Of a stretch of DNA of 64,000 nt, positions 10,401 through 22,274 are shown piece after piece (position 1 is the first letter of the stretch; every line of letters begins with the position of its first letter). Made by a program: the position numbers and the translations under genes. The notes beneath the pieces are model-generated. The model did not search any database, was not told the origin of the DNA, and was given only the letters and a program-made list of their open reading frames with translations. Source of the stretch: Candidatus Levybacteria bacterium GW2011_GWA1_37_16 (GTDB lineage: Bacteria; Patescibacteriota; Microgenomatia; Levybacterales; UBA12049); NCBI GenBank assembly GCA_943357985.1, contig CALRGR010000003.1, positions 6,496 to 70,495 of the forward strand. Direction: 5' to 3'.

Positions 10401-10717
10401 GATCAATTATTACGCATGAGATAGATTTTGTTGAGGAAGAGACAGAAGGCAAGAAAGTGACAATTGGAGGAATTATTGAAGCAACAAGAAGAATATTTAC
10501 AAAGAAAAACGGAAACGAAATGGCATTTGTAACGATTGGCAATGAAAAGGGAATTGTAATTGAGTGTGTTGTTTTTCCAAAAATATTTTCGGAATATAAA
10601 CACCTCTTAAATATGGACACAGTCGTAATAATTGAAGGGAAAATAGACATAAACAATGATAAATCCGTAATAATTGTGGAAAAAATTTCTCCAGTAAAAG
10701 CCTTTAATCTGACCTAA
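7490..10717 (+). CDS. dnaE: DNA polymerase III alpha subunit
   Basis: N-terminal PHP domain (HLHNHSEYSLLDG), polymerase core motifs, and a length of 1075 aa. Confidence 0.9.
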   Translation: MTDFVHLHNHSEYSLLDGLSKIKAMVQRAKELDMKALAITDHGNMYGTIVFFKACKEAGIKPIIGCEIYISKRAKENKEAGIDSDSNHLILLAKDMKGYKNLMKIVSEAQLDGYYYKPRTDESLLEKYHEGLICLSACVNGYVSEPLIEGKEDEAIRRAKKLSEIFGEGNFYLELQKHLNVKKQDPLNEKLVEMSKKLGIPLVATNDNHYVYSSDAQAQEILLCIQTQTTIDTPNRRLSMIDSPDFYMKSKEEMTGLFLQTPEALENTSKIADMCNLELTLGKWTMPKFAVPDGKTSSEYIKELVDKGLVERYGQITPTIRERADYELSIILNKGYETYILIVADFVNWAKDRGITVGPGRGSAAGAIVCYSLRITDVDPLYFKLPFERFLNPDRPSAPDIDLDFADNRRDEVIDYVTKKYGRDKVAQIITFGTMEARGSVRDAGRALGMPYSVPDRISKMIPPGWQGHAMTLETALEQSSDLKMAYDGEPETKRLLDLAMKLEGVSRHASVHAAGVVIADKDITEYTPLQREPNGEKIITQYDMYSIGEDGVGLLKMDFLGLRNLTIIQETLRFIKENKDETVDFSTLGFEDVKTYSLLASGETTGIFQLESPGMRRYIKDLKPTTIFDVMAMVALYRPGPMQNIPEFVKRKHNPAFIDFPDERLKDILSQSYGILTFQDDVMLISIAIAGYSWLDADKFRKAMGKKIPSEMKKQHDIFVKGAIKNGLTEKKAEEMFNLIAPFAGYGFNKAHAACYATIAFRTGYLKAHYSVEFMTALLTAESRGSTGPTKNEKLAQAVAECKRLNVSVLPPDINKSRSDFTIEENSKIRFGLSAIKNVGGAAIQTILEGGQRGPFKSFEDFCLRVNLSTVNKKTIESLIKAGAMDQFGNRASLLITAPEIIDNVQKKKKQEQEGQSTLFGDSGQSHEIKKNTQDDIKDFSTDEKLSFEKEFLGFYLTSHPFMNELLSIRSIITHEIDFVEEETEGKKVTIGGIIEATRRIFTKKNGNEMAFVTIGNEKGIVIECVVFPKIFSEYKHLLNMDTVVIIEGKIDINNDKSVIIVEKISPVKAFNLT

Positions 10718-10734
10718 CAACAAAACTGCTCTTT

Positions 10735-10768
10735 TCCTGCTTGACACATATATAGTTTAGCCTTAATA
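10735..10768 (+). promoter_or_regulatory. Putative sigma70-type promoter of the atp operon (TTGACA-17-TAATAT)
   Basis: Sequence cTTGACAcatatatagtttagcctTAATATaaaagg lies upstream of atpB. Confidence 0.4.
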
Positions 10769-10776
10769 TAAAAGGA

Positions 10777-11514
10777 ATGGTTACATTTTCTTCTGAATCA
10801 ATTTTTCACCTCGGTTTTTTCAATGTTACCAATACAATTCTCAATACCCTTCTGGTAGACGCTATAATTCTTGGGCTTGTTTTTTTCATTGCTAAAAACC
10901 TTTCCAAAATTCCTAACCTTTTCCAGAGCGGCGTAGAGCTAACGGTTGAATGGTTCTACAACTTAACAGAAACGATAGCAGAAGAAAATACTAAAAAAAT
11001 ATTTCCTTTTTTTATGACTTTTTTTCTTTTCATTCTAGTTGCAAATTGGAGCGGACTTATTCCCGGTGTTGGCAGCATCGGGTTTTTTGAAGAAGGTAAG
11101 CTTGTTCCCCTTTTCCGCGGAACTACTTCAGATTTCAATACAACGCTAGCGCTTGCTTTAATATCCGCCCTAGCCACTCATACAATGAGTATCGGAACTA
11201 TTGGTATTAAAAGTTACCTTAGTCGTTATTTTTCCTTAAACCCGATAAATCTATTTATAGGACTGCTTGAAATAATTTCTGAGTTTACAAAGGTCATCTC
11301 TCTTTCATTCCGTCTTTTTGGAAATATCTTTGCGGGAGAAATTGTTCTCATAACTGTTTCGGGAATTTTTGCATTTCTCTTCCCTATTCCATTCCTCTTA
11401 CTTGAAATAATCGTTGGACTGGTCCAGGCCCTGGTTTTTTCAATGCTTACAATGGTGTTCATGGCGGTATTGTCAACGCCACATGGTGAGCATGCTAAGG
11501 AGGTGAGTCACTAA
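10777..11514 (+). CDS. atpB: ATP synthase F0 subunit a
   Basis: Conserved Arg motif LSFRLFGNIFAGE and multiple TM helices. Confidence 0.85.
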   Translation: MVTFSSESIFHLGFFNVTNTILNTLLVDAIILGLVFFIAKNLSKIPNLFQSGVELTVEWFYNLTETIAEENTKKIFPFFMTFFLFILVANWSGLIPGVGSIGFFEEGKLVPLFRGTTSDFNTTLALALISALATHTMSIGTIGIKSYLSRYFSLNPINLFIGLLEIISEFTKVISLSFRLFGNIFAGEIVLITVSGIFAFLFPIPFLLLEIIVGLVQALVFSMLTMVFMAVLSTPHGEHAKEVSH

Positions 11515-11720
11515 TGGATTTTTCAATTTCTGGAGGGTTAATCGTTGCCATAGGAGGTATTATGCCAGCTTTGGCAATCGGGCTCATAGGAGCCAAAGCA
11601 ATGGAGTCTATAGGAAGAAATCCTGAATCTTCAGCTAAAATATTACCTGCAATGCTTTTAGGAATGGCTTTCGCGGAAGCTATCGCAATTTACTCGTTAA
11701 TTCTGGCCTTTATAAAGTAA
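11514..11720 (+). CDS. atpE: ATP synthase F0 subunit c
   Basis: A 68-aa two-helix hairpin proteolipid with the conserved carboxylate in AEAIAIYSL. Confidence 0.85.
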   Translation: MDFSISGGLIVAIGGIMPALAIGLIGAKAMESIGRNPESSAKILPAMLLGMAFAEAIAIYSLILAFIK

Positions 11721-11730
11721 GAATTTTTAT

Positions 11731-12228
11731 ATGGAGCTATTAGAAAAATTTGGATTTGATCCTGTGCTTTTAATTGCTCAGGTAATAAACTTTTTGATAA
11801 TTTTATATGTTTTAAAAAGGTTTTTGTATAAGCCTATTTTAGACATGCTCAAAAAAAGAGAAGAAACTGTTAAAGAAGGCCTTAAGCAAGCGGAAGAAGC
11901 AAGGCTGCTACTTGAAAGCACGCAGGAAAAGGAAAAAGTAATAATTAAAAAGGCCAGACTTGCCGCAGAACAAATGATAAAAGACGCTAAAACACAAGCT
12001 CAAGAAGAAGCAAAGCTTATAGAAGAGACTTCTAAAAAACAGGCAGCAAGACTAATTGAAGACGCACAAAGACAAATAGAATTGTCCGAAAACGAAACAG
12101 AGAAGAAGCTGGCAACATATGTAAGCCGGCTGGCAATAGAACTATTAACTAAATCAAGCAAGGAACTTTTTTCCGAAAAAGAACAGAAAGAGATTTCGCA
12201 AAACGCCATAAAACACATAAAACAATAA
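11731..12228 (+). CDS. atpF: ATP synthase F0 subunit b
   Basis: N-terminal TM helix followed by a long charged coiled coil. Position in the operon supports the call. Confidence 0.7.
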   Translation: MELLEKFGFDPVLLIAQVINFLIILYVLKRFLYKPILDMLKKREETVKEGLKQAEEARLLLESTQEKEKVIIKKARLAAEQMIKDAKTQAQEEAKLIEETSKKQAARLIEDAQRQIELSENETEKKLATYVSRLAIELLTKSSKELFSEKEQKEISQNAIKHIKQ

Positions 12229-12229
12229 T

Positions 12230-12592
12230 ATGATAAAAAAACAAGTTGAAAAATTGGCTTTATTAAGCTATGTAGGAAATAACCTTGATAATAAAAAGGC
12301 TGAGAAAATAACTAGTTCTATGTCAAGAAGTGATCTAAAAATGTACATAGAAGCTTTGAAAAATTGGGAAAGAAAGCAAAGAATAGAAATTCTGATACCG
12401 GATGAAGGATACAAAAAGAATTTGAAACTGAATATGATCAAAAAAATATTTCCCAAAAAAGAAATTAGATACTCTGTTGACTCATCGCTTATTACAGGAA
12501 TTAGAATAGTGAGCCAAGACTTAGTTTATGATTTTAATTTAAAAAATACACTTGAAGACATAGTTGAGCACATTAGAAAACAATATGATTAA
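12230..12592 (+). CDS. atpH: ATP synthase F1 delta (OSCP)-like subunit, unusually short (120 aa)
   Basis: Sits between atpF and atpA. The C-terminal part (ITGIRIVSQDLVYDFNLKNTLEDI) resembles the delta C-terminus. Confidence 0.45.
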   Translation: MIKKQVEKLALLSYVGNNLDNKKAEKITSSMSRSDLKMYIEALKNWERKQRIEILIPDEGYKKNLKLNMIKKIFPKKEIRYSVDSSLITGIRIVSQDLVYDFNLKNTLEDIVEHIRKQYD

Positions 12593-14093
12593 CAGCGACA
12601 AAATAATAGAAAGATTAGAAAAAGGACTGATGACATTTTCATCAGACACAAAAATGCAGTCTGTGGGAAAGATTGAAAAAAATACAGATGGCATTATTGT
12701 TGCCTCCGGACTCTACAAAGCAGAAATGGGAGAAGAGGTAATCTTCCAAGACGGCGCAAGGGGAATTGTTCTTAATTTGGATGAAGACTATGTATCTATA
12801 GCGCTTCTTACGGGAGGAGAAAACCTAGAAGAAGGAACAACGATTAAAACAACAGGCAAGATGATAGGCGTTAATGCATCAGAAGATTTACTGGGGAGAG
12901 TTATAAGCCCTCTGGGAGAGCCTCTAGACAGCAAAGCAAAAGTAAAACAAGGAAAACTTATGCCAATTGAAAAAATTGCGGCAGGAGTTGTAGAAAGGGA
13001 ACCAGTAAACACTCCTCTTAAAACCGGAATTAAGGCAATTGACGCTATGATTCCAATTGGCCGCGGACAAAGAGAACTTATTATTGGCGACAGAGGCTTA
13101 GGAAAAACTGCAATCGCAATTGACACCATAATTAACCAAAAGCAAAATAAAAAGCCCGTAATTTGTATTTACGTTGCTATTGGCCAAAAACAAAGCTCAA
13201 TTGCACAAGTTATTGACAAATTAACCCAGACCGGCGCCATGGAATACACAATAGTAGTTGTTGCATCCGCTTCTAACCATGCCTCTCTTCAATATCTTGC
13301 TCCATATGCTGGATGTGCCATAGCCGAATATTTTATGGAAAAGGGACAAGATGTATTAATTGTCTATGATGATCTTACAAAACATGCATGGGCATACAGA
13401 CAAATTTCCTTAGTATTAAGACGCCCTGCCGGACGAGAGGCATATCCCGGCGACATCTTCTATCTTCACAGCAGGCTACTGGAAAGAGCAGTAAAGCTTA
13501 ACGCAAAAAATGGTGGCGGATCTATCACCGCCTTACCAATAATTGAAACTCAGGCAAGCGACATCGCAGCATATATTCCAACAAATGTTATTTCTATTAC
13601 AGATGGCCAAATTTACCTTCAAAATGATCTTTTCAATAGCGGTATAAGACCGGCAATTAACGTTGGCAATTCAGTTTCAAGAGTTGGCAACTCCGCATTA
13701 ACAGCAGCAATGAAATCTATTGCAGGGAGAACAAGATTAGAACTTGCCCAGTATGCAGAACTTGCAGCATTTGCTCAATTTGGAAGCGAATTAGATCAAG
13801 CAACGCAAGAACAACTAGAAAGAGGAAAAAGAACAACCGAAATTCTTAAACAACCTCAATATAATCCTTTAACTGAACCTTTTGAAATACTAAGTATTTT
13901 TGCAGTAACAAATGGCCTTATGAATGACGTTCCCATTGAGAATTTTGCAAAATTTGAAACAGCATATCATACATATATGGATAAGAATCACAAAAAGATT
14001 ATTACAGAACTTTCAAGCGGAGATAAATTAACAGATGCACTTAGCAAAGAAATAAATGAAGCAACCGAAAAGTTCAAAAAATCATTTCTATAA
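12585..14093 (+). CDS. atpA: ATP synthase F1 alpha subunit
   Basis: Walker A motif GDRGLGKT and alpha-type conserved blocks. Start chosen at MINSDKII, which overlaps the atpH stop. Confidence 0.9.
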   Translation: MINSDKIIERLEKGLMTFSSDTKMQSVGKIEKNTDGIIVASGLYKAEMGEEVIFQDGARGIVLNLDEDYVSIALLTGGENLEEGTTIKTTGKMIGVNASEDLLGRVISPLGEPLDSKAKVKQGKLMPIEKIAAGVVEREPVNTPLKTGIKAIDAMIPIGRGQRELIIGDRGLGKTAIAIDTIINQKQNKKPVICIYVAIGQKQSSIAQVIDKLTQTGAMEYTIVVVASASNHASLQYLAPYAGCAIAEYFMEKGQDVLIVYDDLTKHAWAYRQISLVLRRPAGREAYPGDIFYLHSRLLERAVKLNAKNGGGSITALPIIETQASDIAAYIPTNVISITDGQIYLQNDLFNSGIRPAINVGNSVSRVGNSALTAAMKSIAGRTRLELAQYAELAAFAQFGSELDQATQEQLERGKRTTEILKQPQYNPLTEPFEILSIFAVTNGLMNDVPIENFAKFETAYHTYMDKNHKKIITELSSGDKLTDALSKEINEATEKFKKSFL

Positions 14094-14096
14094 CAT

Positions 14097-16350
<2,254 letters not shown>

Positions 16351-16352
16351 AA

Positions 16353-16781
16353 ATGGACATTCTTCTAGAAATAATTACCCCCGAAAAAGTGGTTTATAGC
16401 GATAATGTTTTGGAGGTTTTGGTTCCTACGGAAAGTGGCCAGCTGGGAATTCTCCCAAGACACGTTGGTCTTTTTGCAAAAATTGTCCCCGGAGAACTTA
16501 TTATAAAAAAAGGCGGAAGCGAGCAAATAATTGCCATAACAGGAGGGTTTCTGGAATTTTCTAAGGAAAAGATTTCAATTCTTGCAGATTATGCAATAAG
16601 AGCCGAAAATATTGAAGTTGCAAAAGCTATTGAAGCAAAAGAAAAAGCTGAAGAACTCATGAAAGCAAAGGTAAGCGAGCAAGACAACGCAATGCTAGAA
16701 GGACAGCTAAGAAGAGCAATTCTAGAACTTAAAGTCGCCAATAAACTCAAAGTCACCAAACCGACAAGAATTACTTCTTAA
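16353..16781 (+). CDS. atpC: ATP synthase F1 epsilon subunit
   Basis: Size and position match, with an N-terminal beta-sandwich sequence. Confidence 0.8.
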   Translation: MDILLEIITPEKVVYSDNVLEVLVPTESGQLGILPRHVGLFAKIVPGELIIKKGGSEQIIAITGGFLEFSKEKISILADYAIRAENIEVAKAIEAKEKAEELMKAKVSEQDNAMLEGQLRRAILELKVANKLKVTKPTRITS

Positions 16782-17232
16782 TATTTCCTATAACCCTTTG
16801 GTAAGCTTCTTTATCTATCATGTTATTTGCTAAAGCAAACGAGAAAATTTGAGTTGCGGATATTCCAGCAACAATATTGCTACCCTTTTTTCTCATTTCT
16901 TGCATGCCTCCCTCTTGTCTATCTACTACAACTATATGCCCTCCAACCATATAACCACTCTCTGATAAAAGCGTTTCCTCATCAATTTTAGTAGCAGCTC
17001 CTGTAATAAGATCGTCAACAACAAGTGATTTATCAGAATAAACTATAGCGTCCCCTTGGTCTCCAATAGCAAACTTTCTGCCAATCCCTGATGTAGGCTT
17101 CTCTAGAATTCTGGAGTAAGGCATCCCGATCATCTCAGCAAATGGTTTTGCTATATCGTAACCAGTAAGAGGTATTCCGGTAACATAATCATAATCAAAT
17201 GGAATTTCTGTATCTTCTAAAAGCCTTGCCAT
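16771..17232 (-). CDS. pyrE: Orotate phosphoribosyltransferase-like type I PRTase, apparently lacking the N-terminal hood region
   Basis: PRPP-binding motif VVDDLITGAATKI and a downstream VVDRQEGG loop typical of OPRTase. It is only 153 aa. Confidence 0.55.
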   Translation of the reverse strand: MARLLEDTEIPFDYDYVTGIPLTGYDIAKPFAEMIGMPYSRILEKPTSGIGRKFAIGDQGDAIVYSDKSLVVDDLITGAATKIDEETLLSESGYMVGGHIVVVDRQEGGMQEMRKKGSNIVAGISATQIFSFALANNMIDKEAYQRVIGNIKK

Positions 17233-17293
17233 TATTTCATAATCATGTTCACTTCCGCCCCCTTAAATTTATAAAATAACTAAGCAAGGGCAT

Positions 17294-17536
17294 CTATGTG
17301 CCACCATAGTTAGCTGCTCCAATAAATTCATGATCATTCCTAGCTATGGTAATCATAGGAAACCTTCCCTCTTCTGTTTCATAGCTATAATTTCCTGGCT
17401 CTCCAAATCTCCTTACTAATTTCCCATCAACTTCAGCAGTGAGCATCATATGAGCAGCTTTCAACTGCCTAGGCCTCATTGCTTCAACTATCGCAATTGC
17501 TTCTAAATTTGACTGTGGTGCTTCATGAGTTGTCAT
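17294..17536 (-). CDS. Hypothetical 80-aa protein; possibly the detached or frameshifted 5' part of the PRTase gene
   Basis: ORF in a different frame, 61 bp upstream of the pyrE-like start. No recognisable motifs. Confidence 0.25.
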   Translation of the reverse strand: MTTHEAPQSNLEAIAIVEAMRPRQLKAAHMMLTAEVDGKLVRRFGEPGNYSYETEEGRFPMITIARNDHEFIGAANYGGT

Positions 17537-17620
17537 TATAAATAAGTAAAGTTAGACATAAGGTACCAAAAGGCTCAATGGGTTGTCAATGTGAGAAAAA
17601 TTTCATAGAATAGAGGTACT

Positions 17621-17693
17621 GCCGAAGTAACTCAGTTGGTAGAGTAACTCTTTCGTAAAGAGTAAGTCGTGGGTTCGACTCCCACCTTCGGCT
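17621..17693 (+). tRNA. tRNA-Thr (anticodon CGT)
   Basis: Cloverleaf traced by hand. Acceptor GCCGAAG/CTTCGGC, D-arm CTCAGTTGGTAGAG, anticodon stem ACTCT/AGAGT with loop TTCGTAA, T-arm GTGGGTTCGACTCCCAC, discriminator T. Confidence 0.85.
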
Positions 17694-17764
17694 CTAAGAA
17701 AAAAATATCCTTAACTCTCCATACTACAGTATATGGATTGTTTGATCAGATCAATATAATTTAT

Positions 17765-18487
17765 ATGGCAAGACGGCAATCAAGACTTAACAGAATAATT
17801 GAAAAAAGAAGCAAAAGAAACCTAATCTTAAACTTACTTGGAATAATTGCAGTTATTTTCCTAATCATAAAGGTTGGAATTCCGCTTCTTGTAAACTTTA
17901 GCCTTTTTATTGCCAATCAAAAAGAAAACACAATTACTTCGCAAAATACTAACTCGAATGATTCATCCTTTATGTCTCCCCCCGTATTGGATCCTCCGCC
18001 TACGGCCACTAACAGTGCAAAAGTAGCACTATCTGGCACAGGAAGCCCTAACCAGACAGTTAGAATATATGTTAATAACGGCTTAAAAGATGAAGTATTA
18101 ACTAAAAAAGACGGAACATTTTCTTTAATTCAGGATTTAGAAAAAGGAGTAAATACTATAAAAGCAAAGTCAGAGTCTAAGGGAAAAGAAAGTGATTTTT
18201 CCCAGTCTGTGACAGTTACATACATCGACACAAAGCCAACACTTGACCTCACATCACCCTCAGATGGACAAACATTCTCCAAAAATCAGAATACTGCTCC
18301 GATTAGCGGAAAGACAAGTGCAAGCGCTAAGATCACGGTAAACGGATTCTGGGCGATTGTAGACGAAAACAGCAACTTCTCTTATAATCTCCCTCTTCAA
18401 AATGGAGAAAATCAAATAAAAATCACTGCAACCGACGAAGCTGGAAACACAACCGAAAAAAATTTAAAAGTCACATACAACCCTTAG
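17765..18487 (+). CDS. Hypothetical membrane-anchored secreted protein with tandem Ig-like/Big-type beta-rich repeats
   Basis: Start at MARRQSRL, because the longer listed ORF would overlap the tRNA. It has an N-terminal TM helix followed by repeated Thr/Ser/Asn-rich beta segments. Confidence 0.45.
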   Translation: MARRQSRLNRIIEKRSKRNLILNLLGIIAVIFLIIKVGIPLLVNFSLFIANQKENTITSQNTNSNDSSFMSPPVLDPPPTATNSAKVALSGTGSPNQTVRIYVNNGLKDEVLTKKDGTFSLIQDLEKGVNTIKAKSESKGKESDFSQSVTVTYIDTKPTLDLTSPSDGQTFSKNQNTAPISGKTSASAKITVNGFWAIVDENSNFSYNLPLQNGENQIKITATDEAGNTTEKNLKVTYNP

Positions 18488-19650
18488 TCCTCGGCAATGC
18501 CAATCAAAATCCACATCCAGAGCATTATGAACGGATAAAAAAGACTGTTTATAAAAAGGCTGTCGACAAATAGAGCAACTGATGAGGAAATTATAATTGG
18601 CGAATAGAAATTCTTCCTTGGAAAAGAAAGTATTTTGAACCAAAGATATAAGTAGGATAGCAGACCAATAATTCCTGTTGTTGCCATAACAAATAAAAAA
18701 CTATTGTCTGTGCCCGCTGCAGCATGATTTGGATATTTACTATCCACCGATAATCCATATCTTCTGCTTGCGAACTCATAAGCATTAAATCCAACTCCTA
18801 GAATAGGATTTTTCTCAAAAATAGTTAATGCATTTTTTGCAGATGGAATACGTGCCTCCGTTGAAGTAATTCTCAAAAGATTTGTACCCTCGCTTTTAAG
18901 TCCTACCATAGAAACTATCGATATCAAACAAATAAATAACACAGCAAAGATTAGAATCAGCTTCTTTTTTCCTTGCAAGAATAAAAATACAAATACACCT
19001 ACAAAAAACATTAAATACGCGCTTCTTGAAAAGGTTAAAGCGATTGCTATTAAAGAAAGTACTGATATAAATCCGTAAATCAAACTTCTGCTTTTTACAA
19101 ATAGCCCAAAAACAAATAAGAAATATAGGGCTAAAAAAGCTCCAGCAAAATTTGGATCCAAAAAGCTCGAAAATAATCTATAAAGATGTTCATCCCAACC
19201 CAAATAATAAAGGTTTCTAAGATCTGGGTACAGAAAATATTGGACAAAACCAAATCCAGCAATAATTGCTCCCATTGCAACAAGCATGGCAGGAATCTTC
19301 TTTTTGAAACCTTCGCCAAGGCTTACTACCGAAAAATAGACACCTGCATACGCAACCCATCTTAAAAGGTACAATGCCGATATGAATCCCTCAGCAGGTT
19401 TTAAATTCGCAAGACTTATAATAAGTGAGATCGTCGCTACGAAAACAAATACAAGCACAGGCTTTGTCAGTCTTGCCGTAATAAACTTTTTTCTAAACAC
19501 TGACACTAGCACAAATAAAGCAACAGCTACATCTGTTGCCATAATTGCGGCTCCATTTTGGAATTGAATTCTTGCGATTTCTCCCAATGGAAATATAAAA
19601 AGAAGAATTATAAAAAAAAATTCTTTTATTCTTTTTGCCATAACATCCAA
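18484..19650 (-). CDS. O-antigen ligase/polymerase family membrane protein (Wzy_C-like)
   Basis: Ten or more TM helices and a large periplasmic loop containing the NAYEF...R motif typical of O-antigen ligase-like proteins. Confidence 0.6.
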   Translation of the reverse strand: MDVMAKRIKEFFFIILLFIFPLGEIARIQFQNGAAIMATDVAVALFVLVSVFRKKFITARLTKPVLVFVFVATISLIISLANLKPAEGFISALYLLRWVAYAGVYFSVVSLGEGFKKKIPAMLVAMGAIIAGFGFVQYFLYPDLRNLYYLGWDEHLYRLFSSFLDPNFAGAFLALYFLFVFGLFVKSRSLIYGFISVLSLIAIALTFSRSAYLMFFVGVFVFLFLQGKKKLILIFAVLFICLISIVSMVGLKSEGTNLLRITSTEARIPSAKNALTIFEKNPILGVGFNAYEFASRRYGLSVDSKYPNHAAAGTDNSFLFVMATTGIIGLLSYLYLWFKILSFPRKNFYSPIIISSSVALFVDSLFINSLFYPFIMLWMWILIGIAED

Positions 19651-20372
19651 AGCTTTCCTCTAACCAGAAAAGAATGAAAACTCATAACAAGAGCAAAGAC
19701 CAAACCTTCTATTCCATCAAGAAATCCTCTTTTTATAAAATAATTAAGAAAGAATTTTGCCTTCGGATATAATATGATAAAGAAGAAATTTGACTTCATT
19801 CCTTTTTCATACAATTCTCTACTTCTTATATCCGTATAGAGATTAATTTCTGTTAAAAATTGCCCAAGCGTTTGATGTGGATAATGCAGAAGCGAATTAT
19901 TAAGTTTGTCTATTTTCCCTCTAACTTTCCATTTTTCATGAACCAGACCTTCCCATTTACCACTACTTTTCTTTGCTAGCCTGACAAAACTTATATTGCC
20001 TGTTTCGCCATGCTTCAATTCTTTACCCCAAATAATATCTTTTCTTTTAATCAAAAATCCATCGAAGGGATTCATTGGATCGGAAATTAAAGATTGAATT
20101 TCATAGCGCAATGAGTCTGTTACTCTTTCATCTGCATCCACAAAAAAAACCCAGTCACTTTTTGCCTTCTCAAGAGCTAAATTTCTTTGTTTTGAAAAAT
20201 TACCATTAAGATCTTGCTGTATAACTTCCACATTTTCTCTTTTCGCCAGATCCATTGTTCTATCTTCCGAATTATCATCAATAATCAAAACCTCATCGCA
20301 CCATTTTACACTTCTCAAACAATCAACTATGTTTTTTTCTTCGTTTCTTGTAAGAACTACAGCCGTAATCAT
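19626..20372 (-). CDS. Glycosyltransferase family 2
   Basis: N-terminal VVLTRNEEKNI...IIDDNSED...FVDADE (DXD) GT-A fold motifs. Confidence 0.75.
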   Translation of the reverse strand: MITAVVLTRNEEKNIVDCLRSVKWCDEVLIIDDNSEDRTMDLAKRENVEVIQQDLNGNFSKQRNLALEKAKSDWVFFVDADERVTDSLRYEIQSLISDPMNPFDGFLIKRKDIIWGKELKHGETGNISFVRLAKKSSGKWEGLVHEKWKVRGKIDKLNNSLLHYPHQTLGQFLTEINLYTDIRSRELYEKGMKSNFFFIILYPKAKFFLNYFIKRGFLDGIEGLVFALVMSFHSFLVRGKLWMLWQKE

Positions 20373-21190
20373 AAATATTTGAATGCTAAAATTGCCGACT
20401 TTCCAGCAATTGGATTCTTTATTAAAATAAATAAACTCTGTGCAAGTATAAAAATACGATTTAAAATTAGTCCACTCTTAAAATGTTTCTTTCCGAACTG
20501 TAGTCCACTTTTAGTTTGATGATAAACCGCAAGGGGAGATACTTTGCCAACAGAGATACTCAGTTCATGCTCTATAAAAATTCCTGGTAATACATAAGTT
20601 AAGAACCCTTTATTCCTTGCTCTAATACAAAAATCCACATCTTCATAATACAGGAAAAACCGGCCGTCAAAAAGCCCAATCTTGTCAAAAATCTCCTTTT
20701 TAATTAACATTGCGCAACCGGAAACATAATCTACTCGTCTGGGTGTTTTACTTACGACTTTCGAAACCTCCTCATGAGATGTCCTTCCGAAAACTTTATT
20801 GAACTTTCCTCCAATGTCATAAACCACCTTACCGTCTTTTTTAAACTTTATCGCAGGACCCACAATTCCAACTTGCATACTTTCCTCAGAAAAGCCTATT
20901 AACCTGTCTAGAAAATTATCTTCAACAAGAGTATCATTATTCAGGAGTAAAACGTAATCTGCGCCATTTGACAAAGCATATTTTATTCCCACATTAACTC
21001 CCTCGGCAAATCCGAGATTTTTTTTATTTTTAATAATAGTTATTCTTTTGTCCCTAGATTCAAAATTCCCCCCGTTATCTACAACAACCAAACCTTGAAA
21101 AGTTAATTTACTTTGAAAAATACTTTGTAGGCACTGCTGTGTTACTTTAGGATCACCAAAATGTAGGACAATTATAAAAATCCTATTCAT
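20369..21190 (-). CDS. Glycosyltransferase family 2
   Basis: GT-A motifs VVDNGG, LLNNDT and YYEDVDFC. Confidence 0.75.
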   Translation of the reverse strand: MNRIFIIVLHFGDPKVTQQCLQSIFQSKLTFQGLVVVDNGGNFESRDKRITIIKNKKNLGFAEGVNVGIKYALSNGADYVLLLNNDTLVEDNFLDRLIGFSEESMQVGIVGPAIKFKKDGKVVYDIGGKFNKVFGRTSHEEVSKVVSKTPRRVDYVSGCAMLIKKEIFDKIGLFDGRFFLYYEDVDFCIRARNKGFLTYVLPGIFIEHELSISVGKVSPLAVYHQTKSGLQFGKKHFKSGLILNRIFILAQSLFILIKNPIAGKSAILAFKYL

Positions 21191-22274
21191 AACTATTTAT
21201 TATACTCAAGACATCTTTTCCGAACTTAATATTTGAAAACTGCTTCGATCTTTCAAGTCCTTTTTTAATCATAGATTTTCTTTTCCTAGAATTACCGGAA
21301 ACTTCAATGAGAGCATTTCCTATCTCCTTATAGTTGTTTGGATTAACTAAAATCCCTGCATCCCCTACAACTTCCGGAATTGAACTGATATTTGAACTTA
21401 TAACCGGGCAGCCTAAGGCCATAGCCTCAAGCATTGGGAAACCGAATCCTTCATAAAAACTCGGAGACACAAAAGCGACTGCGCCTTCATATAGGGACCT
21501 GATCTTCTCATCGCTCGAGTTACCTAGGAATTTTATATTTGAATTGTTCTTTTCTATCTGCTCATCAAACCACTTATCCCCACCAACTATGATAAGGTCA
21601 AAATCTTTACCTGTTTTTTCTAAGAAGAGTAGAAATCCTTTTATAATATTTGGGACATTTTTCCCCTTCTTCAAAGAACCGACAAATAAAAAATAAGGAT
21701 TTTTGTTTTTATATTTCTTTCCGCTTTGCTTAAAATCTTTATGCAGGCCAGGATAAGATACCATTATTTTTAATTTTTTAACTCCGTAAATTTTTGAGAT
21801 GTCTTTTTTTGAGCTTTCGGAGATAGTTAGAATAACATCGGATTTAGCTGCGGCTTCCCTACTGTTTCTTTTAAGCTTTGATAGATCATCATTATACATC
21901 TTAGGAAATTTTTCAAAAGCTAAATCATAAAAGAAGCTTATTGTGTAAGGTTTTTTCTCAAAAGAAAGATATCTGGGAATACTCTGTCCAAAACCTAAGA
22001 AAACATCCGTATTATCCCTACTGATCCTAAGAGGAAGCCAAATTTTTAGCCACCCCCTTGTAGGCCTTACCACAATATTTTTCATTCTAGAACCAAAAAA
22101 TTTAAGAAGTGACTTGTCTATTGGGTAAAAGCTATAAAGATAATACGTATTTTTTTTATCTAATTTTCCAAGCGTTACCAAAAGATCTTCAACCAACCTA
22201 AACACTCCCACCTTAAGCCTTTCATCTTTAACTCCTAAACATCCACAATCAACCCCAATAAGCACTTTTGCCAA
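21183..22274 (-). CDS. Glycosyltransferase family 4 (GT-B, RfaB-like)
   Basis: C-terminal motif [33 protein letters not shown]. Confidence 0.75.
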   Translation of the reverse strand: MAKVLIGVDCGCLGVKDERLKVGVFRLVEDLLVTLGKLDKKNTYYLYSFYPIDKSLLKFFGSRMKNIVVRPTRGWLKIWLPLRISRDNTDVFLGFGQSIPRYLSFEKKPYTISFFYDLAFEKFPKMYNDDLSKLKRNSREAAAKSDVILTISESSKKDISKIYGVKKLKIMVSYPGLHKDFKQSGKKYKNKNPYFLFVGSLKKGKNVPNIIKGFLLFLEKTGKDFDLIIVGGDKWFDEQIEKNNSNIKFLGNSSDEKIRSLYEGAVAFVSPSFYEGFGFPMLEAMALGCPVISSNISSIPEVVGDAGILVNPNNYKEIGNALIEVSGNSRKRKSMIKKGLERSKQFSNIKFGKDVLSIINSYE

